Shown here piece after piece: positions 9,239-20,862 of a DNA stretch of 64,000 nt (position 1 is the stretch's first letter; every line of letters starts with the position of its first letter). Source of the DNA: an uncultured delta proteobacterium (GTDB lineage Bacteria > Myxococcota_A > Polyangia > Fen-1088). The notes beneath the pieces were generated by a model that made no database searches, was not told the DNA's origin, and saw only the letters and a list, made by a program, of their open reading frames with translations. The position numbers and the translations under genes were made by a program. The stretch spans positions 352,001-416,000 of the forward strand of contig CAWCMR010000008.1 of NCBI GenBank assembly GCA_963796685.1, given 5' to 3'.

Positions 9239-10679
9239 AGCGTAGCTTGCGGGCCGCCACGCCGGACATCTTGAGCAAGAGCCACCCGTGCTTCCAGCGC
9301 GAGATGTTGGTCTCGCCGTACACGCGCTCGCGGTAGCGAACCGGTATCTCGACGATCTTCAGATTCAACCTGGCCGCCCCGAAGATGAGATCGAAGTCGC
9401 CGAAGGGATCGAAGTCGCCGAACAGATCGCGCCCGGCCGCGATGCGCTCGTAGTCGCGCCGCCACAGGACCTTGGTGCCGCACAAGGTGTCTTTGATGGG
9501 CTGGCCGAGCAGATAGGTAAAGAGCTGGGAAAAGGCGATGTTGCCCAGCTTGTTGATGAAGCGCATGGCGCCGGGATCCATGGGATACACCAGGCGCGTG
9601 CCCTGCGCGTAGTCGCCGAGACCGCTTGCCAGTACGTCGTAGAAGACGGGCAGCTCCTCGGGCGGAACGGTCAGGTCGGCATCGAGGATCATGAGAATGT
9701 CCCCGGTGGCCTTGGAGAACCCCAACCGGACAGCGTCGGCCTTGCCCGTGCCCTGCTGCCGGTAGGCGCGAAGCTCGAGCGGGCCGCGGTAGTCCTTGAT
9801 GGCCGCGGCGATGTTTTGCCAAGTTCCATCCGTCGAGCCACCTTCGACAAAGATCAGCTCGGTTCGCGAGCCAAGCATCGGCGTGCGCGCGATGGCGCCC
9901 GCCACATTGCCCGCCTCGTTGCGCGTCGGCACGATGACGCTGACGCTGGCCAGGCGTGGCTCCGGCAGCATGTCCCGCCTGCGCAAGGCGTAGATTCGAT
10001 ACATCGACATGCGCTGCCAGCCCGGAAGCTTGCCCAGGTAGCGATTGAGCAAGGGCGCCAGCCCTGGGACCTCGGCGGGAAAGAGCATGCGGTCCTCGAA
10101 ACGGACCGACTCGAGCCCGACGATCCCGAACATGTTCTCGAAGTCGCTGTGCGAGAGCCAGTTCGAGGTCGGAGAGGGAAGCTTGAGCCCCGCCACCTCC
10201 GCCAGCCGGGTCGGCACCTCCCACAGATAGTTGTAGGCAATGAGGTACAGTCGTCCGCGCTCGCTCAGGCACGCGCGCAGCTTGACCAGCAAATCGCGCA
10301 CGTCGGCCACGCTGTGGCAAAGGCGGTTACAGATGACCGCATCGAACCGGCGGTGGGCTGGAAGACTGTCGAGGTCACCGTCTTCGATGACCAGGTCGGG
10401 AAAACGGCGACGCGCCTCCACGGCCACCTCGGGCAGCTGGGCGATGCCGACGCGTTCGCGGTTCGGCAGCGCCGCCAAGATCTCGCCGGTGCCACACCCC
10501 ACGTCGAGAACCGAGGCGTCGGGGGGGATGATTCGCGCAAGGGCTTCGCGCAAATCGCGCTCGAGGAAATCGCGCGCCTGGGGATGGGTCGGATTCTCGA
10601 AGGCCGCCCTGCGAAAATACGCCCGCCACTCCTCGGTAAGCCCGCGCATCCGCGGGTCGTTGGTTGGTTCCGAGCTCAC
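9231..10679 (-). CDS. Bifunctional SAM methyltransferase / GT2 glycosyltransferase
   Basis: VLDVGCGTG N-terminal domain; SVIVPTRNE, ILDADL, DTLCGTK, FGDFDL C-terminal domain. Confidence 0.88.
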   Translation of the reverse strand: MSSEPTNDPRMRGLTEEWRAYFRRAAFENPTHPQARDFLERDLREALARIIPPDASVLDVGCGTGEILAALPNRERVGIAQLPEVAVEARRRFPDLVIEDGDLDSLPAHRRFDAVICNRLCHSVADVRDLLVKLRACLSERGRLYLIAYNYLWEVPTRLAEVAGLKLPSPTSNWLSHSDFENMFGIVGLESVRFEDRMLFPAEVPGLAPLLNRYLGKLPGWQRMSMYRIYALRRRDMLPEPRLASVSVIVPTRNEAGNVAGAIARTPMLGSRTELIFVEGGSTDGTWQNIAAAIKDYRGPLELRAYRQQGTGKADAVRLGFSKATGDILMILDADLTVPPEELPVFYDVLASGLGDYAQGTRLVYPMDPGAMRFINKLGNIAFSQLFTYLLGQPIKDTLCGTKVLWRRDYERIAAGRDLFGDFDPFGDFDLIFGAARLNLKIVEIPVRYRERVYGETNISRWKHGWLLLKMSGVAARKLRYV

Positions 10680-10688
10680 CCGGCGATT

Positions 10689-13430
<2,742 letters not shown>

Positions 13431-13555
13431 GCGGCTTCCGTACGCAGCGTCGAATCCACAGCGCTCGCCTTTCCGTTATCGACTACCCTGGTTGTCCAAG
13501 TCAAGCAAGTGAGTCCTGGCATAACATGGTTGGAACACGCGAGATTCCAGACATT

Positions 13556-13681
13556 CTCGTCTTGCTCGTCTTGCTCGTCTTGCTCGTCTTGCTCGTCTTG
13601 CTCGTCTTGCTCGTCTTGCTCGTCTTGCTCGTCTTGCTCGTCTTGCTCGTCTTGCTCGTCTTGCTCGTCTTGCTCGTCTTG
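13556..13681. repeat. Perfect tandem repeat (CTCGTCTTG)x14
   Basis: 126 bp counted directly; intergenic between the cyclophilin stop and the kinase start. Confidence 0.95.
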
Positions 13682-13703
13682 GGTCTTCTCGCCCTCCCTG
13701 CCG

Positions 13704-14180
13704 TTAGCCCTCTATCCAAACCCGCGTCATCTTGTCGCCCTTGCGGATCTTGTCCACGACCTCGATGCCGGAAATGACCTGGCCGAACACGGTGTGCTTG
13801 CGATCGAGGTGCGATTGCGGGCTGTGACAGATGAAAAACTGCGAACCGCCGGAGTCCGGCGCTGCAGTCTTCGCCATGGACAGCGATCCACGCAAGTGCA
13901 CTTGACGCTTTCCGGCAAGCTCGTCTTTGATGGTAAATCCGGGACCGCCCGAGCCATTGCCGAGCGGACAGCCACCCTGGATCATGAAATCGTCTATGAC
14001 CCGGTGGAAGGTCAGCCCGTCATAGTAGGGACGCTTCACCTTCTGGCCGCTCTTGGGATCCTTCCACTCCTTGGTTCCCTGAGCAAGGCCGACGAAATTG
14101 GCCACCGTACCTGGGGCGTCGTCCTCGAAGAGCTCGACGACGATCTCACCTGCGCTGGTTTCGAAATGTGCTTTCTTCAT
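13704..14180 (-). CDS. Cyclophilin-type peptidyl-prolyl cis-trans isomerase
   Basis: [37 protein letters not shown]. Confidence 0.95.
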   Translation of the reverse strand: MKKAHFETSAGEIVVELFEDDAPGTVANFVGLAQGTKEWKDPKSGQKVKRPYYDGLTFHRVIDDFMIQGGCPLGNGSGGPGFTIKDELAGKRQVHLRGSLSMAKTAAPDSGGSQFFICHSPQSHLDRKHTVFGQVISGIEVVDKIRKGDKMTRVWIEG

Positions 14181-14378
14181 GGTCACACCTTAACCTGGAA
14201 AAGGCTCCGGCTGTAGGGCCGGAGGCTACTTTGCACGCTGGCATTGCACCCCTGGGTCACGCAACCAAAATCGGCCGTGCTCCGATAAGAGGCAAGGGGG
14301 CAGCATGCCAACGGGTCTCGTTTCTGGATCGATGTCATCCACGGCCGCCGGCGGCTGTGCTAAGCTGGAGCGCGGTCC

Positions 14379-14759
14379 ATGAAGATTTCGCGAACTTCAC
14401 CGCTCGATCGGGCCGGCTTGCCGGGCAAGGCAGGGGTCGACGGCGCCGCCGGGAAGAGCTTCGAGGCCAAGCTCGGGGCCGCAAAGGCCGAGGGCGCATC
14501 CAAGGCGCCTGTCGCGGCCGGTAAATCCGCGCAGACGGGAAGAGCGCTTCCGGTTTCGGACATCGGGGCCGATCTCAAAGCCGGCAAGCTGACGCCCCAG
14601 GCTGCCCTCGACAAGGTGATAGAGCGCGTGCTTGACCGTCAGGTGGGTCGCAAGGCAGGGGCCGAAGTCAGGCAGAAGATCGGGACCGCGCTGCGCGAGA
14701 GCCTGGCCGACGATCCCTTCCTGGCGGCCAAAATCCGCGCCCTCGGCCAAGAAGAGTAG
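14379..14759 (+). CDS. Hypothetical protein
   Basis: 126 aa ORF with coding-like codon pattern filling the intergenic gap. Confidence 0.6.
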   Translation: MKISRTSPLDRAGLPGKAGVDGAAGKSFEAKLGAAKAEGASKAPVAAGKSAQTGRALPVSDIGADLKAGKLTPQAALDKVIERVLDRQVGRKAGAEVRQKIGTALRESLADDPFLAAKIRALGQEE

Positions 14760-14762
14760 CGA

Positions 14763-15047
14763 CTACACCAGCTTGGTCAGGGTGGCGCGACGTTGCGAGA
14801 CCATCTCGCGCACCTTGGGTGGCAGGAAGATGGCGTCCGTGTCCATGGTCGCGAGCGCATCGCACAAGATGGAGGCGCGTTCGGACGGCGCGGTTTTCTT
14901 GTCGATGATCACGCACCAGTCGCCTTTGATCTTGCACAATCCGCCGCCGCCGGTCGGGCCCGACGCGACCAGGGTCTCGTAGCGAACCTTGACGCCAAGC
15001 TGTTGGGCCGCGGTTTCCAGGATCTCGGTGAGTTGCTCTGCTTTCAT
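14763..15047 (-). CDS. Small conserved hypothetical protein
   Basis: LGVKVRYE..GGLCKIKG..IFLPPKVRE; ATGA overlap with the kinase gene. Confidence 0.7.
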   Translation of the reverse strand: MKAEQLTEILETAAQQLGVKVRYETLVASGPTGGGGLCKIKGDWCVIIDKKTAPSERASILCDALATMDTDAIFLPPKVREMVSQRRATLTKLV

Positions 15048-16186
15048 CGCGTTTGCTTCTCTGTCTTCTCGGAGCCAGTCGATGCGACGCCGCCGACATT
15101 GCCGATCTTGCCGACCCCGCCGGTGCCGAGCGGGAGCGAGACCACGAAGGTCGTGCCGCCGCCGGGTTTCGATTCGAAGGTGATGTCCCCACCGTGGGCG
15201 AGAACGATGTTCTTTACCACGGGAAGGCCCAGGCCTGTGCCTCTACCCGCTGGCTTGGTGGTGAAGAAGGGCTCGAACACCCGCCCCCGATCCTCCTCGC
15301 GGATGCCTTCGCCGTCGTCCGACACCGCCAATCCAACGCGCCCCGGTGCATCGCTGAACGTCCGCACCACGACGCATCCACCTTCGTCGGCCAGCGCTTG
15401 TGCGGCATTGCTGACCAGGTTCGTCACCACCTGCATGATGTGGTCGCGCACCACGCGAACACGTGGCAGGTCGGGCGCCAGCTCGCGCGTCAGGTTCGCC
15501 TTTGCCTCGTAAAGGACGTGCTCGCAGAAGGACATCGCGTGCTCCACGACCTCGTTCAGGTTGACTTCCTCGATTTCGCGGCCGGATGGACGTGCGTAGG
15601 TGGTGAGGTCGCGCGAAAATTTGCGGATGCGTTCGGCGCCCTCGCGGATCTTCTTCAGCCGCTCCACGTCGGTCGGCTCGTACTGGTTGGGCACCCTGCC
15701 CTCGAGCGCGAGGGTCGCTTTGCGTAGCACGGCCTCTACGCACATCTGGACCGAGGTCAGAGGGTTGTTGATTTCGTGTGCCACGCCCGCGGCAATCTGC
15801 CCGACGGTGGCCAGTTTCTCCGCGTGGAGGACCTGGCTTTGCAATGCGCGCAAGGAAGTCAGATCGTGCCCCGCCGCCATGACGGCCAGGGGAGCTCCGT
15901 CGTCGCCGTGCACGGGAAGCACGCTGAAGGCAGCCGCGGCCATCGACCCCGAGACGCCAGGCAAACGGACCTCGCAGCGAAGCGGCTCGCGTCGGATTGC
16001 GACCTGTCCCATGATGTCCGCCAAATCGCGGACTCCGAACCCGGTGAGCCACTCGGACAAGTTCCTGCCCACGCCGTCGGAGCCGGCACATCCGGTCAAC
16101 GTGTCCAGGGCGCGATTCCAAACCACGAGCCGGCCTTCGAGATCGGTCATGGCGATGAGGACGTCGGCCTCGGCCATCATCTGCAC
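15044..16186 (-). CDS. PAS-domain sensor histidine kinase
   Basis: PAS region, AHEINNP H-box, NLVSNA, DDGEG, FEPFFTTK, GTGLGL; start uncertain. Confidence 0.9.
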   Translation of the reverse strand: MQMMAEADVLIAMTDLEGRLVVWNRALDTLTGCAGSDGVGRNLSEWLTGFGVRDLADIMGQVAIRREPLRCEVRLPGVSGSMAAAAFSVLPVHGDDGAPLAVMAAGHDLTSLRALQSQVLHAEKLATVGQIAAGVAHEINNPLTSVQMCVEAVLRKATLALEGRVPNQYEPTDVERLKKIREGAERIRKFSRDLTTYARPSGREIEEVNLNEVVEHAMSFCEHVLYEAKANLTRELAPDLPRVRVVRDHIMQVVTNLVSNAAQALADEGGCVVVRTFSDAPGRVGLAVSDDGEGIREEDRGRVFEPFFTTKPAGRGTGLGLPVVKNIVLAHGGDITFESKPGGGTTFVVSLPLGTGGVGKIGNVGGVASTGSEKTEKQTR

Positions 16187-16267
16187 CAGGCCCGCCGCGA
16201 GAATCCGGGCCCGCGGCTCTGTCGCGCCCCGACTTCGTGGAGTTGGCCTTCGGCTTGTGCGCTGGCA

Positions 16268-17701
16268 TCAGGTCCGATTTCCACGCCTCGCACGGGTGCG
16301 AACCCGCGAGGGGCTCTTGCGAGCTCCCGGCTCGCCCCCAGTCGGCCGAAACCCGCCTGGGCTCGCCCGTCCCTGCAGCAGCGCCAGGGTCGCCGCACCG
16401 GCCTCGTCAACGACCCTTCGCACCGCCACCTTGGCGCGCAGGGCGAGCTTGCGACAATCCTCGAATTCCGGGGTGGCGCCCAAGATCTCGCCCGACCGCG
16501 ATGCCACCTTCACCCGCACCTCGCCAAAGGAAGTCCTGACCGAGGCCTGGGCGCGTTCGAGCACGGTTCGCTGCATGACCTGGCGGCGCAAACCGATGGT
16601 CGTGGAATTGGCGAAGAAAGCTTCCTCGATGGCGGACAAGGCTGCCCGCGCGCAAAGCGCCGACACCTCGATGGCCGGGCGCCCCTTCTTCATCTGGATG
16701 GGCGAAAGCCACGCGTCGAGCGCGCCCGCGGCAAACAGAGCGGTCATGAGCGGATCGGCGAGTTGCGGATTCATGTCGTCGATGTTGGCGGCGACCAGCA
16801 CGACCTCGCCCTCGGACGCGGGCAACGCCTGTCCCAAGGGTTCGCCCAGGATCACGCGCAGCACATTCGGCCGGTCGGCGTGCTCGCGCGTGCCCGCGCC
16901 AAAGCCCTGCGCACGGATACGCATGGGCGGCGGCGGACCGAAGGACTGCACGACGGCCGCGAGAATCGCGGCACCTGTCGGCGTGGTCAATTCGCCCGAC
17001 CCTTCGGCGAGAACCGGCAGCCCACGCAAGATCGCGACTGTCGCTGGCGCCGGCACCGGCATGACCCCGTGGGCCGTGTGGATCGTTCCCGATCCGAGGG
17101 TGGGCGGCGACGCCGTGATCGCCGACGGCGCCAGCCAGGCCAGCGCCGCCGAAGCCCCCACGATGTCGGCGATGGAGTCCCACGCCCCAACCTCGTGAAA
17201 CGCCACTTCGTCTACGGTCATTCCATGCAGCGCCGCCTCGGCCACCGCGATGCGCTCGAAGATGTCCTCCGCCAACTTCCTCGCCTTGACATCCAACCCC
17301 GCGCGCCTGAGCAAGCGTCGAATCTCGGCATAATCGCGGTGCTCATGTGCATGCTCGTGGCCGTGGTCGTGGCCGTGCTCATGCTCGTGGCCGTTGCCGT
17401 GGCCGTGGCCGTGGTCGTGGCCGTGGCCGTGGTCGTGGCCGTGGCCGTGGCCGTGGTCGTGCCCGTGCCCAACCACCCTCCCAGGGAAATCCACATCGAA
17501 CCCCAACCCGACAAAAGCGCCCCTCTTCCTCCGCTCGAGCCCGACCTTCAGCCCCTTCAATCCCACCGCGCGGACGGCATCCAGCACGACGTTCTCAGGC
17601 ACCCCGGCGTCGACCAACGCCGCCACGGTCATGTCGCCCGCCACGCCCGAGCATGGATCGAAGTGAAGGTGCAGCCCTTGGACGATTGGCGCGGCCGTCA
17701 C
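16268..17701 (-). CDS. larC: Nickel pincer cofactor nickel insertase LarC
   Basis: FDPCSGVAGDM, His-rich insert, FHEVGAWDSIADIVG, PVPAPAT, ELTTPTGAA, PEFEDC; GTG 17701 overlaps the larB stop. Confidence 0.93.
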   Translation of the reverse strand: MTAAPIVQGLHLHFDPCSGVAGDMTVAALVDAGVPENVVLDAVRAVGLKGLKVGLERRKRGAFVGLGFDVDFPGRVVGHGHDHGHGHGHDHGHGHDHGHGHGNGHEHEHGHDHGHEHAHEHRDYAEIRRLLRRAGLDVKARKLAEDIFERIAVAEAALHGMTVDEVAFHEVGAWDSIADIVGASAALAWLAPSAITASPPTLGSGTIHTAHGVMPVPAPATVAILRGLPVLAEGSGELTTPTGAAILAAVVQSFGPPPPMRIRAQGFGAGTREHADRPNVLRVILGEPLGQALPASEGEVVLVAANIDDMNPQLADPLMTALFAAGALDAWLSPIQMKKGRPAIEVSALCARAALSAIEEAFFANSTTIGLRRQVMQRTVLERAQASVRTSFGEVRVKVASRSGEILGATPEFEDCRKLALRAKVAVRRVVDEAGAATLALLQGRASPGGFRPTGGEPGARKSPSRVRTRARRGNRT

Positions 17702-18453
17702 GCGCGCTCCCGGTTGAGCAGGGATGCCATGCGACCGGCACCGAAGCCATTGTCGATGTTCACCACCGCCACGCCCGTGGCGCACGAATTGAGCATGGTG
17801 AGCAGCGCCGAAATTCCACCCATCGATGCGCCGTAGCCGATGCTGGTGGGCACGGCAATCACGGGACGCGAAAACAGGCCCGCCACCACGGTGGGAAGAA
17901 CCCCATCCATGCCTGCCACGACCACCAGCACTTCCGCCTTTTCGACGGTCTCGCGATGCGCGAGCAAGCGATGCAAGCCCGACACACCGACATCGAAGAT
18001 CCGCACCACGCGGTTGCCGTCGAGCTCGGCCGTGACCGCCGCTTCCTCGGCGACGGGAATGTCCGCCGTGCCCGCCGAGAGCACGGCAATGGCGCCACGA
18101 CCCCGCGTCGGCACTGTCTCCGGCCCCAACGCCACGATGCGGGCCCCTTCCAGGTAGCGCGCCGCGGGGACCAGCGCAAGCACCTCCGCCGCGACCTCGC
18201 GGGATATCCGGGTCGCCATGACCATGGCTCCGTCCCGGCCGAGCTCGCCAAGCAGGCTGGCGATCTGGGAGGGCGTCTTGCCGGTGCCGAAGATCACCTC
18301 GGGAAATCCGGTGCGCAAATGGCGATGGGTATCCGCGTGGGCGAAACCGAGCGAACGAAAGGGCAGATCGCGCAACTCGGCCATGGCTTGGTCCACGCCG
18401 GTTTGACCACCTTGCACGGATTCGAGCAGGGCACGTAGGTGTTCTGGATTCAC
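17698..18453 (-). CDS. larB: Nickel pincer cofactor biosynthesis carboxylase LarB
   Basis: GFPEVIFG.GKT, AGTAD, DVGVSGLHRL, PTSIGYG, VVNIDNGFGA. Confidence 0.93.
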   Translation of the reverse strand: MNPEHLRALLESVQGGQTGVDQAMAELRDLPFRSLGFAHADTHRHLRTGFPEVIFGTGKTPSQIASLLGELGRDGAMVMATRISREVAAEVLALVPAARYLEGARIVALGPETVPTRGRGAIAVLSAGTADIPVAEEAAVTAELDGNRVVRIFDVGVSGLHRLLAHRETVEKAEVLVVVAGMDGVLPTVVAGLFSRPVIAVPTSIGYGASMGGISALLTMLNSCATGVAVVNIDNGFGAGRMASLLNRERA

Positions 18454-18500
18454 GGGGTCACCTTATCAGACTTGGGGGCACCATCCATCCATCGCGGTCG

Positions 18501-20015
18501 TCAACCGCCTGCGCTCTTTCCCTCGTCGTCGAGCGCGCGGGCCTCGTAAATGACCCGCGTCCTGGCGGCGTGGTCGTGTAGAGCCTGCCGGTCGCGGTCC
18601 ACGAGGGCGAACAGGAATCCCGCCAGCCATGGAATGGCGACGATGAGATTGGGCACCAGCATGGTACGCAGAAGCGCGTTCACGCTGCGATCCCAAAGTG
18701 GCATGGGGCTCGCCCCAAGACCTCCCATCACCCGCTCCTTGACCTCCACAAGGTTGGTCACGGCCCCGATCTGTAGACTGATGATGGCCAGCGCCGCAAG
18801 AGGGCCCCAAAACTCGACGACGAAGCGCAGAAGCAGTCCGGGCACGCGCACACGCCGGGTGGTTCCCACCACGTGCAGCCCGAGCAATCGCTTGCCGAGG
18901 GTCTTGCCCCACAGGCGGTGCGTGAGGATGTAATAGCTGCCGAAGAGCGCCAGCCAGATCTGGGTGGCCGCCTGCTGCGACCACGACAGCGTCGCGGCGA
19001 TGATCTGCCCGAGCGGCGCGAAGATCATCAAATCGATGGCCAACGCCACCCCGCGCGGCAAGAGACCGCCTGCCACGCGCGGCCGGGGCCGCACCGATTC
19101 CAATCGCGTGAGGAGCGTGTCGTAGCTCTGCGGTCGCTTGTGCGGGTCGGGATCCATCATCTCGGCAATGAGCTGGCGCAAGCGCCAGGGCGCGACCTCG
19201 TCGCCTATCTCGGGCCGCGCGGCCGTGCGATGCAACTCGGACATGGCGTCGAGGTTGTCGGCCTTGAAGGGCACTTTGCCGGTCAGAAGCTCGTAGAAGG
19301 TGATGGCCAGGGTATAGATATCGCTGCGCAGGTCGGGCGCGGCGCCAGCGATTTGTTCGGGCGCCGCATAGTACGGCGTGCCCACGAATCTGCCCGCCGC
19401 CTTCTCGTCGGACGTGGCCAAGCCGAAGTCCGCGACCTTGACCTCGGCCCGCTGGGCGCCCGCGGGAATGTCGCCCAGCAAGATATTCGAGGGCTTGATG
19501 TCACGGTGGATCATCCCCCGCGCATGAGCCGTGGCCAGGGCGCGCGCGGTCTGGATTACATATTCGAGGGCATCTCCCCAATCGAGAGGACCGTGCTCCT
19601 CGAGCACCTCCGCCAGAGTCCGGCCGTGCACGTACTCCATCACGAAGTAGGAGGCGCCTTCGAAATTGCCGATATAGTAGATGGTGACGACGTTGGGGTG
19701 CTGCAGGCGCGCCTGAGCCCGGCCTTCGTCCACCAGGCGCGACATCAAGGTCGGGTTGTCGGCCAGCTCGTGGCGCAAGAGCTTGAGCGCCACCGGTCGG
19801 TTGAGCGACAAATCGTGGGCTAGGTACACGCGGCCCATGCCGCCTTCGCCCAGCAGTCCGCGCACCTCGAAGTGGTCGATATGCTTGCCGATGAGAGGGT
19901 CTTGGCCCTCATCCTTGCTGGCCACGGGCGGACGTTCGGCATCGTAGGCCGTGGCGGCAAACGCGCGCCCGGCGCTCGGCGTCTCTTGCACGGTTTTGGC
20001 CTCGGACCATGCCAT
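18501..20015 (-). CDS. Ser/Thr protein kinase with C-terminal RDD membrane domain
   Basis: GEGGMG, HRDIKPSN, DFG, GTPYY.APE; R..A..ID, GKTLGKRLLGL, RQALHDHAARTRV (RDD motifs). Confidence 0.88.
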   Translation of the reverse strand: MAWSEAKTVQETPSAGRAFAATAYDAERPPVASKDEGQDPLIGKHIDHFEVRGLLGEGGMGRVYLAHDLSLNRPVALKLLRHELADNPTLMSRLVDEGRAQARLQHPNVVTIYYIGNFEGASYFVMEYVHGRTLAEVLEEHGPLDWGDALEYVIQTARALATAHARGMIHRDIKPSNILLGDIPAGAQRAEVKVADFGLATSDEKAAGRFVGTPYYAAPEQIAGAAPDLRSDIYTLAITFYELLTGKVPFKADNLDAMSELHRTAARPEIGDEVAPWRLRQLIAEMMDPDPHKRPQSYDTLLTRLESVRPRPRVAGGLLPRGVALAIDLMIFAPLGQIIAATLSWSQQAATQIWLALFGSYYILTHRLWGKTLGKRLLGLHVVGTTRRVRVPGLLLRFVVEFWGPLAALAIISLQIGAVTNLVEVKERVMGGLGASPMPLWDRSVNALLRTMLVPNLIVAIPWLAGFLFALVDRDRQALHDHAARTRVIYEARALDDEGKSAGG

Positions 20016-20172
20016 CGGACGCCGAGCATATCCCCACCGGCCGCGCGGCGCACGTCCATCGTCAGGTCCGGGCTTTGGTCGCCGGTTCCGGCTGACAGGA
20101 CCGAGTGCACCAAGCGCGGCGGCGAATCGCGCCGGCCTTGACCGGCATCAAACTGACCTGGAGGCCCATGGA

Positions 20173-20862
20173 ATGAGGGTTCTGGTCATCGATATCGGCG
20201 GAACCCACGTGAAGGTCCTGGCCACCGGCCGCCGGCAGCGGGTCGAGTTCCCATCCGGGCCGACCATGACCCCCGCGAAGATGGTGACCGAGGTGCGAAC
20301 CGCGACCAGCGACTGGAAGTACGAGGCAGTATCGATCGGATACCCTGGGCCCGTCGTCCATGGTCGTATCTTGGCCGAGCCGCACAACCTCGGGTACGGA
20401 TGGGTCGGCTTCGACTTCAAGAAAGCCTTTGGCCAGCGGCCGACCAAAATCATCAACGACGCCGCGATGCAGGCACTGGCAAGCTACCAAGGGGGCAGGA
20501 TGCTCTTTCTCGGTTTGGGAACCGGCCTTGGCTCCGCGCTCATCGTCGACGGCGTTCTCGAGCCGATGGAGCTGGCGCACCTCCCGTACAAGAAGGGCCT
20601 GACCTACGAAGACTACGTTGGGCTGGCCGGACTCAAGCGCCTGGGAAAGAAGAAATGGCGCCACCACGTAGGCGAGGTCGTCAAGCTGCTCAGGAACGCC
20701 CTGGAGGTGGACGACATCGTGCTTGGTGGCGGCAACGCCAGGTTGCTCAAGGAGCTGCCCCCCGGTTCTCGTCTGGGCAGCAACGCCAACGCGTTTCTGG
20801 GCGGGTATCGCCTTTGGTCAAAGGCAGGTGCAGTGTCGACGAAGGAGCGCTTTGTCCACTAA
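20173..20862 (+). CDS. ppgK: ROK-family polyphosphate/ATP glucokinase-like protein
   Basis: VIDIGGTHVK, INDAAMQA, LGTGLGSA, ELAHL, LGGGN. Confidence 0.75.
   Translation: MRVLVIDIGGTHVKVLATGRRQRVEFPSGPTMTPAKMVTEVRTATSDWKYEAVSIGYPGPVVHGRILAEPHNLGYGWVGFDFKKAFGQRPTKIINDAAMQALASYQGGRMLFLGLGTGLGSALIVDGVLEPMELAHLPYKKGLTYEDYVGLAGLKRLGKKKWRHHVGEVVKLLRNALEVDDIVLGGGNARLLKELPPGSRLGSNANAFLGGYRLWSKAGAVSTKERFVH

Noticed and set aside
14187-14378. Sigma-54 promoter in the divergent intergenic region
   Set aside because: TGGCA motifs are present but lack the required GG-N10-GC spacing.
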